Source: Longimicrobiales bacterium (GTDB taxonomy: Bacteria > Gemmatimonadota > Gemmatimonadetes > Longimicrobiales > Gaopeijiaceae). Taken from it: 64,000 nucleotides of DNA. Below, in pieces: positions 49,375-59,051 of the stretch. The notes below the pieces were generated by a model. That model saw only the letters and a program-made list of their open reading frames with translations. It ran no database searches and had not been told where the DNA came from. Numbering within the stretch: position 1 is the stretch's first letter; each line of letters begins with the position of its first letter. The stretch is from contig OZ250165.1 of the NCBI GenBank assembly GCA_965238005.1, positions 2,048,001 to 2,112,000 on the forward strand. The letters are read 5' to 3'. The translations under genes were made by a program, and so were the position numbers.

Positions 49375-50547
49375 ATGACCCCACTGCGTACGGCACGGAG
49401 AACCCACGGCTTCACGGAGTCAGTCATCCGGGAGATGACTCGTGTAGCGCATGAGCACGACGCCATCAATCTCGCGCAGGGCTTTCCCGACTTCCCGGCC
49501 CCCCAAAGGCTGAAGGACGCTGCGTGCGAGGCAATCCAGGCCGACGTGAACCAATACGCCATCACGTGGGGATCGCCTCGCATGCGCGACGCCCTCGTGG
49601 CCAAATACGAGCGCTGGTACGGGATGGCCGTGGACGGCGAGCGGGAGATCACCGTCACGTGCGGTGCCACGGAGGCCATGGCCAACATCATGCTCGCGGT
49701 CATCGACCCAGGGGACGAGGTGATCGTGCTGGAGCCCTTCTACGAGAACTACGGCCCCGATGCCATCCTCTCGGAGGCAAGGCCGGTCTTTCTTCCTCTA
49801 GAGCCCCCCGACTTCCGGCTGGATCCTGATCGCCTGGCATCCCTTGTGACGGATCGCACCCGAGCCATCGTGATCAACACGCCCAACAATCCGACAGGCC
49901 GGGTCCTCGATCGAAGCGAGCTCGAAGCGCTCGCCGACATCTGCCGCAAGCACGATCTGCTGGCCATCACCGACGAGATCTACGAGCACATCTATTACGA
50001 GGGCGAGCACATCCCCATGGCCACCCTCGACGGGATGCGCGACCGGACCATCACGGTGAGCGGCCTCTCGAAGACCTTCAGCATCACGGGCTGGCGCATC
50101 GGTACCATCATCGCTCCGCCGGACCTCACCGACGCCATCCGGAAGGTCCACGACTTCCTTACCGTGGGCGCGCCGGCTCCCTTACAGGAGGCCTGCGCCG
50201 TGGGCATGGAGGAGCTGGGAGGGACCTATTACGAGACGATGATCGATGACTATCGGGTAAGACGCGAGGCCTTGTACCGGGGCCTGGCCGAGGCGGGCTT
50301 CCGGTGCGAGAAGCCTCAGGGTGCGTACTACATGCTGGCGGACTTCTCGGCTCTCAGCGACGAGCCCGACGACGTCTTCTCGCGACGGCTGACGAGAGAC
50401 GCAGGCGTGGCACCGGTCCCGGGCTCGAGCTTCTACTCGGACCCCGAGCTGGGTCGCTCTCTGGTCCGCTTCGCCTTCTGCAAGAGAGCGGAGACCCTGG
50501 AGGTAGCAGGCGAGCGGCTGCGGACCTTCGCCCGGGGCGGGGGCTGA
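49375..50547 (+). CDS. class I/II PLP aminotransferase (YbdL-like)
   Basis: INLAQGFPDF, NTPNNPTG, DEIYEH, SKTFSITGWRIG, RFAFCK. Confidence 0.92.
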   Translation: MTPLRTARRTHGFTESVIREMTRVAHEHDAINLAQGFPDFPAPQRLKDAACEAIQADVNQYAITWGSPRMRDALVAKYERWYGMAVDGEREITVTCGATEAMANIMLAVIDPGDEVIVLEPFYENYGPDAILSEARPVFLPLEPPDFRLDPDRLASLVTDRTRAIVINTPNNPTGRVLDRSELEALADICRKHDLLAITDEIYEHIYYEGEHIPMATLDGMRDRTITVSGLSKTFSITGWRIGTIIAPPDLTDAIRKVHDFLTVGAPAPLQEACAVGMEELGGTYYETMIDDYRVRREALYRGLAEAGFRCEKPQGAYYMLADFSALSDEPDDVFSRRLTRDAGVAPVPGSSFYSDPELGRSLVRFAFCKRAETLEVAGERLRTFARGGG

Positions 50548-50555
50548 GGGCTTCC

Positions 50556-51815
50556 CTACGAGTCGGTAGTGACCTCCGGATCACCGGCGGCCGGCCGGCC
50601 CGGCCCATCTTCATAGGTGGGCTCGACGGGCGCCCCGATGGGGAGAGCCTCATCCTCCTGGTGCACCACGGCGATCTGACCCTCCCACTGGCGCATCATG
50701 CGAACGAAGGACTGGGCCAGGTCGTAGTCGAACTCGGTTCCAGAGCCCTCGTCCAGAAGGCCTAGCACCCGCTCCGTTTCCCACGCACCTCGATACGGGC
50801 GATCCGTCCGCAATGCGTCGAAGACGTCGCAAACGTGCACCAGGTTGCTGGCCTGATGACAGGCCCGGGGGAAGCGCAACGAGGGATATCCGCCCCCGTC
50901 GATCTTGATGTGGTGCTCGTACGCCACGACGGCCGCCAGATCCAGTTGCTCTTGGGTCTCGATGATGATCCGCGCACCGGCGATGGTATGGTTGTTCATC
51001 ACGGTGCGCTCTTCGTCTGTGAGCTTCCCGGGCTTGTTGAGGATGTCCTCGGGTATGGTGACCTTGCCGAGATCGTGCATGAGGCCGCTGATGCCGAACG
51101 CCCTGATCTCCTGAGGCCCCAAACCGATGAACTCGGCCAACGCCATGGCCAACACGGAGACGTTCATGGCGTGGGTGGTGGTGTACTGATCGAATCGCTT
51201 CAGCTTGAGCAGCGGCACGAGGAACTGTTGATCGCCGTGCATGGCGACGGTGAGTGAGCGAACGATGGCCTCGGCCTCGAGTAGATGCAGGCCACCGTCC
51301 TTCTTGAGCTCGCCGTGGAGCCAATCCACCGCCTCCACCTCTTCCCTGAGCGTGTAGGTTACCTGGCTACCTGCACTGCGCTCTTCTCCATCCTCCAGCC
51401 TCCGTCCCTGGCCCTTGATCCCCACGATCCCGTATTGGATGACGGTAGGCCGCGTCTGTCGGGCCTCGGCCGAGCTGACGAAGACGCCGGTGAGGCGAGC
51501 CTGGACGTCGTAGAGGAAGACCTCCAGATCGTCCCGGGTCACCGGACCGGTGAACTCCAGCCTCTGGATTCCGACGGCACCCAGTCGAGCGCCCCAGCCC
51601 CACCGCTTGAGGGCGTGAAGGGGCCGGCCCTGGAATACGACTTCGTTGCCCACGAAGGTGAAGTCGGGAGTGGGAACCTCCTCCTGCAGCCTGAGTATGG
51701 CCTCGAGAGCCCCGTCGATGGCCCGTTCGCGAGCCGGATGGCCCTCCTCGTAGAGGGTCATCGTCGACACGGTCTGGGCCAGATTCGTGAGGAACTCGGG
51801 GGCGCTCGAGCTCAA
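50556..51815 (-). CDS. HD-GYP domain protein
   Basis: DQYTTTHAMNV, HDLGK, EHHIKIDGGGYP, DVFDALRTDRPYR. Confidence 0.9.
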   Translation of the reverse strand: MSSSAPEFLTNLAQTVSTMTLYEEGHPARERAIDGALEAILRLQEEVPTPDFTFVGNEVVFQGRPLHALKRWGWGARLGAVGIQRLEFTGPVTRDDLEVFLYDVQARLTGVFVSSAEARQTRPTVIQYGIVGIKGQGRRLEDGEERSAGSQVTYTLREEVEAVDWLHGELKKDGGLHLLEAEAIVRSLTVAMHGDQQFLVPLLKLKRFDQYTTTHAMNVSVLAMALAEFIGLGPQEIRAFGISGLMHDLGKVTIPEDILNKPGKLTDEERTVMNNHTIAGARIIIETQEQLDLAAVVAYEHHIKIDGGGYPSLRFPRACHQASNLVHVCDVFDALRTDRPYRGAWETERVLGLLDEGSGTEFDYDLAQSFVRMMRQWEGQIAVVHQEDEALPIGAPVEPTYEDGPGRPAAGDPEVTTDS

Positions 51816-53956
51816 GATGTGTCTCCGGCCGCTTTGATCTCTGGATCCTTCGAACGTCTCACCACCTTGAGGACTTTGGCGACTCGGGCTTCGTCAGGCC
51901 AGAACCGCGCGAGAGTCCCAAGAGCGGCCAGAACCTCCATGGACTTGGGCGCCAGGAGCGGCCTGCCGAAGATCGTCTTTCCGTGCACCGTCATGGTCAG
52001 GAGGGTCTCGAGCACGAGTGGTGACTTCGACTGACCCGCCGCGCGGATCCCGAAGGAGCGGATCTCAGGGCTTCGCTCCCCCAGTACGACGCGGTTGACG
52101 AGGATGGGCACGACCGCCTCCGGCAGGGACTCCCCGAGCTCGAGCAACGCCATGCGGACGACGAACTCGTCGTCGTCTGCCAGGGCATTGGCGAGGGTCT
52201 TCTGGCGGAGTCCGCTCTTGATGGCCAGCGGAAACGCCTCGCGCCTCACCCTCCGGTCGGGGTGGCTCAGAAACTCGGTGACATCGAAGTCCTCGTGCGT
52301 CTCGTCGAGCGTCTGAACCAGCAGGAGCATATTCCGGATCACCCACCATTGGGGGTCCGCGAGGCGGCGGAGCACCCCGTCCCAAACCTGTGAGCCGAGC
52401 TCCCGCAGGGCATCGAGGACGATCTGACTCCGCTCTCGCGAGTCCGAGTCGGCCAAGGCGTCCAGGAGTGGCTCGATGGCCACCGCCCCCATCCACGTGA
52501 CGATGGCTCTCAGCGATGCGACTTCGACCTCGGCGGCGCAGAGAAGCCGCCGGAGCTGACGCGGATTGGCCAGATGCTCTTTGATTCGCACCGCCGCCTG
52601 ACTGTCCGAGGCTTCGTTTACCCCATCGATGAGGAACCGCGCCCGTCCCTCCTCCAGGAGATCGGCGATGGCCTTCTCCACTATGGGACCGAAGGCGCCC
52701 ACCTCGAGGGCCATCTCCACGATCCTCTCCGCTCCAGTGACGACACGTTCGTCACTCTCGTCCTCGAAGTCACCGGCCATGACCGGAGCGGCCCTAGACA
52801 TCTCGTCCAGAACGAGGGTGTAGTCGTCCGGGTTCGGATCGGTGAGCTGCCACTCGGCCATGAGCTCGTCGACGTTCTCCTGGAGCGCGTCGTCGGCACC
52901 CGCCTTGATGGAGCCGTCGCCTCCCTCGGAGTGTACGGCCAACTTCGTCAGGAGCCTCGTCATGGAGTGGGAGATGCTCTGCTGGGAGGTGGAGGCCGCC
53001 GACTGGATGATCTTCATCACGGCGTCGGCGGCCAGTCCCTGACTGGCGTCGAGCACGAAGCGTCTTCTCTGGCTGAAGTCACCGCCCATGTCGAGGAACC
53101 GCTCGAGGGTCGAGTCATCCAGATCCTGGATGAGGTCCGAGACGTTCTCGCGAATCTGTCGATCCTCACCTTCGCCGCCCTTGAGCTCCTCCGCCAACTG
53201 GAGCAGGTGTCCCACGATCACCTGATCGTACGCCTCCTCCTTCCGGTGCCGCTGGATGGATGCCGCGATGGCCTGGGGCGTGGGCGCTTCGTCTGCGTAG
53301 TCTGCGTCGTCGCCGGCCATGGCAGAGCGAGCGAGGCCGAACCAGAGCTCCGTGGCCCGGTCCACGGAGACGCCCTCCATACCCACGCCGGAGTCTTTGA
53401 TCTCGAGTCGGTCGTAGCCGAGGGGATAGAGATGGATGTGGTCCCAATCGGGAATCTCGTCCCTGGGCAGCAGTCCGATGGGATCCGCATCGCGCTCCGC
53501 GTCGGTGGCCAGGGTACTGCAGGCTTCTTCGACTTCGGAGACCGTAGCTTCCCTGTCCAAGGAGAGGGCCCCGAGCTGATGACCGTGGAGCCGCCTCGCC
53601 AGATCGCTGAGGATCGGGTGGCTGGCGTCCGTAGCGATGCCCTCAATGACGAGCTGGCCGGACGCGACCCCGATGGCCAAAGATTCGCGGTCGTCAACGA
53701 GTCTCTGCAGGAGATCCACGACCTCCTCGGCGGACGGCTCCAGGGACGGATGCCCCGGGGGGTACATGTTGAATCGGTGAACGGTGATGGACAGCTGAAC
53801 CAGAAACTCGGTGAGCTCCCCAGCCATGACCCCCTGCTCGATGTCTGAGCTGGTCTCTGAGCTGGTATCTGAGCTGGTCTCTGAGATGGTATCTGAGCTG
53901 GTCTCTGGACTGGTATCTGAGCTGGTCTCTGGACTGGTCTCTGAGCTGTCTGTCAC
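51812..53956 (-). CDS. HEAT-repeat protein coupled to the HD-GYP gene, with N-terminal tandem repeat
   Basis: MYPPGHPSL N-terminal domain, LADPQWWVIRN and SHPDRRVRREA HEAT-like repeats. GTG start inferred. Confidence 0.75.
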   Translation of the reverse strand: MTDSSETSPETSSDTSPETSSDTISETSSDTSSETSSDIEQGVMAGELTEFLVQLSITVHRFNMYPPGHPSLEPSAEEVVDLLQRLVDDRESLAIGVASGQLVIEGIATDASHPILSDLARRLHGHQLGALSLDREATVSEVEEACSTLATDAERDADPIGLLPRDEIPDWDHIHLYPLGYDRLEIKDSGVGMEGVSVDRATELWFGLARSAMAGDDADYADEAPTPQAIAASIQRHRKEEAYDQVIVGHLLQLAEELKGGEGEDRQIRENVSDLIQDLDDSTLERFLDMGGDFSQRRRFVLDASQGLAADAVMKIIQSAASTSQQSISHSMTRLLTKLAVHSEGGDGSIKAGADDALQENVDELMAEWQLTDPNPDDYTLVLDEMSRAAPVMAGDFEDESDERVVTGAERIVEMALEVGAFGPIVEKAIADLLEEGRARFLIDGVNEASDSQAAVRIKEHLANPRQLRRLLCAAEVEVASLRAIVTWMGAVAIEPLLDALADSDSRERSQIVLDALRELGSQVWDGVLRRLADPQWWVIRNMLLLVQTLDETHEDFDVTEFLSHPDRRVRREAFPLAIKSGLRQKTLANALADDDEFVVRMALLELGESLPEAVVPILVNRVVLGERSPEIRSFGIRAAGQSKSPLVLETLLTMTVHGKTIFGRPLLAPKSMEVLAALGTLARFWPDEARVAKVLKVVRRSKDPEIKAAGDTS
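53844..53948. repeat. 12-bp tandem repeat, 8 full units plus a partial unit
   Basis: Consensus TCTGAGCTGGT(C/A); encodes (E/D)TS(S/P) units on the minus strand. Confidence 0.95.
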
Positions 53957-54116
53957 GGTCCGGATCCGCTCTCCCGATCCTCTTCGTACGCTCTCGTCAG
54001 CCCCTCTATGCCTGCACACACCCGCGCCGACGGAGACGTCGAGTGAGTTGGGGGGGATCAGCGACCAACATATATTCCTGCGTCCAAATACTCACCTTTT
54101 GAGCGTCGACGGCAAC

Positions 54117-54572
54117 GTGCAGGAACAAAGCACACGAGGCACTGCGCGTGGATCGTACGTCCCGGCGCGGATCACGCTCTTCGGATTCGATCCCGTCGAC
54201 GCCACGGCTCGCATTGAGCCCCGGAGCGTCCGCTGGCGACTCAGGCGTACTCTGACGGCCGTCGGGATCGCGCTCCCGGTGGGGCCGCTTCTGGCCCCGG
54301 TGCCGCCCCACGCACCCTGGGCCCTGGGCGCCCTCGGCGTGGGTGCGATCGTGGCACGCCGGAAGTGGCTGGAGCTCCATAGCCTCCAGGCCGTCGAGGG
54401 TATCTGCCCCCGTTGCAGAAGCGACGTGTCCCTGCCCCGGGCCACACGCCTTCGACACCCCCACCCGTTGTCGTGCGAGTCGTGCAACCACGAGCTGGCG
54501 CTGGAAGTGGATCCGGCGGCCCGCCCCGGCGTCAACCCGCCACGTCCCGGAGAGCCGCCAGAGGAGGTCTGA
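54117..54572 (+). CDS. hypothetical membrane protein with Zn-ribbon-like CxxC pair
   Basis: Two hydrophobic segments, PPHAPW, CPRC...CESC. Start uncertain. Confidence 0.55.
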   Translation: MQEQSTRGTARGSYVPARITLFGFDPVDATARIEPRSVRWRLRRTLTAVGIALPVGPLLAPVPPHAPWALGALGVGAIVARRKWLELHSLQAVEGICPRCRSDVSLPRATRLRHPHPLSCESCNHELALEVDPAARPGVNPPRPGEPPEEV

Positions 54573-57072
54573 GAAGGACTCCCCGGCTCCCGGCGAGGCC
54601 CACCCCCAGAGTAACAGCGGTGATCACGAGCCACACACCTCCGATCCGCAGGGGGTCGAAGACGAACGGCACGGTGAAGACCTGGACCACGACCAACCAC
54701 CCGGCGGCCACAGCCAAGAGAAGCCCCGCCAGCGTGGCCAGAGACCCGATGGCCACGTACTCCACCATGAGAATCCGCAGGATGACCCCCTTCTGCGCGC
54801 CCAGGGTCTTGAGGACAGCGCTTTCCCGCATACGCTGGTAGCGCGAAGTGGCCAATGACCCCATGAGGACGAGGACGCCGGCAATGGTGCTGAAGATGCC
54901 GAGGAAGCGTACCGCCTGGTTCGCCCGGGCCAGGATGGCGTCGATGGCCTGCTGGAGCCGCGAAAGGTCCAACACCGATACGTTGGCGTGTATACCGACC
55001 AGGTCCCGTTGGAACTCGGCTCGCTCCCGCTCTCCTTCGACGCGGGCCATGATAACGGCGGTCTGCGGAGCCTCCTCTATCACTCCGGGCTCGAAGACCA
55101 CGAAGAAGTTCGTCTCGAATCGAGTCCAGTCGACGGTGCGTAGGCTCACCACCCGCGTCTCGAGCGGCACACCCGCGAAGTCCCACGTGATCCGGTCTCC
55201 GATGGAGACCCGCAGGCTCTCGGCCAGGTCGGCCTCCAGCGAGACGCGAGGCAAACCGTCTTCGGCGGGAGGTGCGTCCCACCAGTCCCCCTCCACGAGC
55301 TCCTCCGAGCCCGCGAGCTCCGCCCGATAGGTGTGCCGGAATTCCCGCCGAAGGGCCCACCCCTCGGGACGCTCTTCCCCGGAGGCATCGAGGAGCTCCT
55401 CCCGGGTCCGCCCGTTGATCCCGATGAGCCTCGAGGGTACCAGGGGAGTCACGTCCGGCGAGCCGGTGGCGCGTGACGCCACGAAGGCCTCGACGTCGGG
55501 ACGCTGATCCGACTGCACGTCGAAGAGGAGGAGGTTCGGTCGTCCTTCTCCCACCTCCAGGGTGAACTCCTGGGTCAGGCTGCCCTCCACCAGGCCGATG
55601 GTGCCGATGACGAACGCGCCGAAGCCGAGGGCCAGCGTCACCGAGACCGTCTGGTTTTGCGGCCGGAACAGGTTGCTCACGCCCTGGCGGATCGGGTACG
55701 ACATCCCCTGCGGGAAGAAGCGCTTGGTTGCGGCGATGAGGACCCGGGCCGAACCCCAGAGGACGAGGGCCACGACTCCGAGGCCAGCGGAGAACGCCAG
55801 TCCCTGTACGCGGGAAGGAGCCTCCACCACCGTAAGCCCCAGAATCGTGGCCACCAGAAGGGCGAACGCTCCCACCTTCCAGAGATCGGTCCGCCCCGCC
55901 GGCTCGAAGTCGTGCCTGAGAGCGAGGAGCGGCGGGACACCCCTTACCTCGAGAAGCGGTGCCAAAGCGAACATGAGGGCGACCCAGACTCCCAGGAAGA
56001 TTCCCGCGAGGGCCGCCAACCACGAGACGTCCGTCGTCACTCCCACGGGCAGAACCCCCGAGAGAGCCATAGGCAGCACCCGCTGGATGCCGATCCCCAG
56101 CACGACACCCACCAGGGAGCCCATGAAGGCGAGCACCGCCGCCTGGAGCAGGTATGCGGCGAAGAGGCTCTCCTGGCGAGCCCCCAGACAGCGGAGAACC
56201 GCCACCGTCACCACCTTCTCACGGACGTAGACGTAGATGGCACTGGCCACTCCGATGCCGCCGAGGAAGAGGGCCGCCAGGCCGATGAGCCCCAGGTAGC
56301 GCGCCAGATCGTCCAGGGCCGAGCTCATCTCTTGTGCGCGATAAGCGGCCGGCGTGTGCCGCAGCCGATGCCGCTGGAACAGCTCCCGTTGGCTGTTCCA
56401 GAGCTGGTCCCGGTCCTCCCGCTCCGGCATGAGGAAGTTCGCGTGATAGCGGGCGATGGAGCCGAAGGTCAGCAGCCCCGTCTCCTCCAGGCGGTCCCGG
56501 GCGATGTAGACCCTGGGTCCGATGGCCGTCTGAAAGCCCAGTTCCGTGGGAAGTCCGCTGACGGTTCCCCGGAGGACGAACCGGGCCAGTCCGATGGCCA
56601 GCGTATCACCGGGCCGGGCATCCAACTGGACCAGGACGGCCGGATCGGCCACCGCCCATGGCCCGTCATGGATCTGCGCCCAGGCCCCGGACGGCTCGGA
56701 TGCCACGTCACCGTAGAACGGGAAGCCCGGATCCACGGCGCGGATCTGGAAGAGCCGCACGCCCTCGCTCCGGGTATCGAGCACCATGGAGGCCAGCGTC
56801 GTCGTCCGAGCAATCTGTCTCCCCTCCCCCGCCATGGAGTCCAGAACCGCCTCGAACTCCTCGGGAAAGGCCCGGCTCGACGAGAGGCGCACGTCGGCTC
56901 CCAGGAGTACACGGGCCTGATCATCGAGGGAGCGCTCCACGTCGGCTCGGAACGAGTGGATCGCCACGAGTGCCGCCACCCCCAGGGCGATGGAGCCCAT
57001 GAAGACGGAGAGGCGACGGTAGCTGGCTCTGCCCTCTCGCCAGGCCATACGAACCGCGAACGACCTGATCAT
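54532..57072 (-). CDS. YbbP-like FtsX-family ABC permease
   Basis: RMAWRE, LLGADV, two FtsX halves (AVLRCLGA, AVLKTLGA), NFFVVF. Confidence 0.9.
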   Translation of the reverse strand: MIRSFAVRMAWREGRASYRRLSVFMGSIALGVAALVAIHSFRADVERSLDDQARVLLGADVRLSSSRAFPEEFEAVLDSMAGEGRQIARTTTLASMVLDTRSEGVRLFQIRAVDPGFPFYGDVASEPSGAWAQIHDGPWAVADPAVLVQLDARPGDTLAIGLARFVLRGTVSGLPTELGFQTAIGPRVYIARDRLEETGLLTFGSIARYHANFLMPEREDRDQLWNSQRELFQRHRLRHTPAAYRAQEMSSALDDLARYLGLIGLAALFLGGIGVASAIYVYVREKVVTVAVLRCLGARQESLFAAYLLQAAVLAFMGSLVGVVLGIGIQRVLPMALSGVLPVGVTTDVSWLAALAGIFLGVWVALMFALAPLLEVRGVPPLLALRHDFEPAGRTDLWKVGAFALLVATILGLTVVEAPSRVQGLAFSAGLGVVALVLWGSARVLIAATKRFFPQGMSYPIRQGVSNLFRPQNQTVSVTLALGFGAFVIGTIGLVEGSLTQEFTLEVGEGRPNLLLFDVQSDQRPDVEAFVASRATGSPDVTPLVPSRLIGINGRTREELLDASGEERPEGWALRREFRHTYRAELAGSEELVEGDWWDAPPAEDGLPRVSLEADLAESLRVSIGDRITWDFAGVPLETRVVSLRTVDWTRFETNFFVVFEPGVIEEAPQTAVIMARVEGERERAEFQRDLVGIHANVSVLDLSRLQQAIDAILARANQAVRFLGIFSTIAGVLVLMGSLATSRYQRMRESAVLKTLGAQKGVILRILMVEYVAIGSLATLAGLLLAVAAGWLVVVQVFTVPFVFDPLRIGGVWLVITAVTLGVGLAGSRGVLLRPPLAALRDVAG

Positions 57073-57767
57073 CCGGACGAGCCGCTCGCGTCGGACACGA
57101 TACGGCCGTCGGCGAGCGAGACAGTGCGGTGGGCCCGTGACGCGAGGTCCAGGTCGTGGGTGACCAGGATCAGCGTGGTCTGGGACTCGTGGTTCAGCTC
57201 CTCGAGGAGCTCGACCACGTGAAGGCCGGTCTTGCGGTCGAGATTTCCGGTGGGCTCGTCGGCGAACAGGATGCGCGGCTCGTTGGCGAAGGCCCGGGCC
57301 AGAGCGACCCGCTGCTGCTCACCCCCCGAAAGCTGGGCCGGATAGTGTTCTGTCCGGTCGCCGAGCCCTACGCGAGTCAACAGCTCACGACTCCGCTCCC
57401 GGATGGACCGCCCATTGCGGCCCTGGTCGCCCCCGAGGAGCTCAAGAGGCACCATCACGTTTTCCATGGCCGTGAGCGCAGGGAGCAGGTGGAACATCTG
57501 GAATACGAAGCCCACGTTCTCGGCGCGAAACCTGGCGCGACCATCTTCGGTAAGACTGAAGAGATCTTCACCGGCAACGGTTACCTTACCTTCGGTGGGC
57601 TGATCGAGCCCGGCCAGGAGCCCGAGGAGCGTGGTCTTCCCGCTTCCGGACGGTCCGGTGATGGCCACGAAGCTCTCCGGTTCCACATCGAGATCAACAC
57701 GGTCCAACACGCGAAGGGGTCGCCCTCCGCTCATGTATTCTTTCGACAGACCCACAGCTCGGATCAT
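57069..57767 (-). CDS. YbbA-like ABC ATPase
   Basis: [25 protein letters not shown]. Confidence 0.92.
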   Translation of the reverse strand: MIRAVGLSKEYMSGGRPLRVLDRVDLDVEPESFVAITGPSGSGKTTLLGLLAGLDQPTEGKVTVAGEDLFSLTEDGRARFRAENVGFVFQMFHLLPALTAMENVMVPLELLGGDQGRNGRSIRERSRELLTRVGLGDRTEHYPAQLSGGEQQRVALARAFANEPRILFADEPTGNLDRKTGLHVVELLEELNHESQTTLILVTHDLDLASRAHRTVSLADGRIVSDASGSSG

Positions 57768-58506
57768 GGCTGCCGTCGCTCTTGTGGCACTGTGGCTCCC
57801 CTCGGCCGGGTGCGGCCCAGGTGCCGACTCGGACGTGGTACGCTCCGGGCGGCAGGAAGGTTCAACGTCGGAGGGCCTGGGCACTTCAGCGGCGGCCGTC
57901 GCGCCGGCCGACACCGGCGCTCCGGGACGGGTCGTCTTCCTGGGAACGAGCCTGACCGCCGGGTATGGGCTCGGTGATCACACGGTCCGCTTCACGGACC
58001 GGATCCGGGCAAAGATCGACTCCGCGGGTCTCCCATTCGAGATCGTGAACGCCGGCGTCAGCGGTGACACCAGCGCCGGTGGGCTCCGGCGGATCAGCTG
58101 GTTGCTACGGGCCCCTGTAAGCGTGCTCGTGATCGAGCTCGGAGCCAACGACGGGATTCGCGGGCTGTCCATCGAGGCCATGCGCGGGAATCTCCAGGCG
58201 GTCATGGACAGCGCGCGGACGCGCTATCCCGACGTTCGGTTCGTGGTGGCCGGGATGGAGGCTCCCCCCAACCTGGGCCCGCGGTACGGGTCGGAGTTCC
58301 GGTCCGTGTTCACCGAGCTGGCCCGGGAGAACGACGCCGTGTTGATCCCCTTCCTCCTGGACGGCGTGGCGGGTGAGCCCGAGCTCAACCAGGTGGACGG
58401 CATCCACCCGACGGTCGAGGGACACCGCCGGGTGTCCGAGACGGTCTGGGGTTTTCTGGAACCGGTGCTTCGAGAGGTCGCGACGAGCGGGGCGGCTCAG
58501 CCATGA
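57733..58506 (+). CDS. TesA-like SGNH arylesterase, probable lipoprotein
   Basis: FLGTSLTAGYG, NAGVSGDTS, ELGANDG, DGIHP, lipobox-like SAGC. Divergent from and overlapping ybbA. Confidence 0.9.
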   Translation: MYSFDRPTARIMAAVALVALWLPSAGCGPGADSDVVRSGRQEGSTSEGLGTSAAAVAPADTGAPGRVVFLGTSLTAGYGLGDHTVRFTDRIRAKIDSAGLPFEIVNAGVSGDTSAGGLRRISWLLRAPVSVLVIELGANDGIRGLSIEAMRGNLQAVMDSARTRYPDVRFVVAGMEAPPNLGPRYGSEFRSVFTELARENDAVLIPFLLDGVAGEPELNQVDGIHPTVEGHRRVSETVWGFLEPVLREVATSGAAQP

Positions 58507-59021
58507 TGGGGCGCCTCGCCAAGATCTTCGGCCTCATCGCCGGGCTCCTGCTTGCCTTCTTGGCCGTGGGCTTCTTGCTGCCGGGCACCTGGTCGACGGA
58601 AGTGTCCATCGAGGTCCCGGCCCCCCCGGAAACGGTCTTTCCCCTCCTGGTCGACCTGGGCCGCTGGGACGAGTGGACCCAATGGGGCGACGTCGTGTCC
58701 ACGCTCAGCGATCCGTCCTTCGGTCCGGGGGCGGTGCGCAGCTGGGACGATGACCAGTACGGATCCGGCTTTGTGACCATCACGGTGAGTCGCCCGGTCG
58801 AGCTGGTTCGCTATCGAGTCAGGATCGGTGAGGGAGTCGAGGTCATCGGAGAGCTGGAGCTCGAGGCATCGACGGGTGGAAGTCTCGTCACCTGGCGTGA
58901 AGAGGGTGATTTCGGACGCAACCCGCTGATGGGGTACGTTGCGAGGAGCATGTCCGACTCCCAAGGAAGGCAGCTCTCCGAGAGTCTGGGCAGGCTGAAG
59001 GAAGCGGTCGCTATTCGCTAG
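58503..59021 (+). CDS. SRPBCC-family protein with N-terminal TM anchor
   Basis: IEVPAPPETVF, WDEWTQW, SLGRLK. Confidence 0.8.
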   Translation: MMGRLAKIFGLIAGLLLAFLAVGFLLPGTWSTEVSIEVPAPPETVFPLLVDLGRWDEWTQWGDVVSTLSDPSFGPGAVRSWDDDQYGSGFVTITVSRPVELVRYRVRIGEGVEVIGELELEASTGGSLVTWREEGDFGRNPLMGYVARSMSDSQGRQLSESLGRLKEAVAIR

Positions 59022-59051
59022 TGGCTCGCGAACTTCGGAAACGGAACCCTA
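59021..59051 (-). mobile_element. MITE copy E (single-end remnant)
   Basis: GTGGCTCGCGAACTTCGGAAACGGA matches the end of copy B. The terminal CTAG contains the rho stop codon. Confidence 0.7.

Noticed and set aside
53844..53948. Possible CRISPR array
   Set aside because: Contiguous 12-bp units without unique spacers, and no cas genes.
57733..57768. Overlapping divergent starts of the ybbA-like and tesA-like genes
   Set aside because: Real, but it is the known conserved tesA-ybbA arrangement and not novel.
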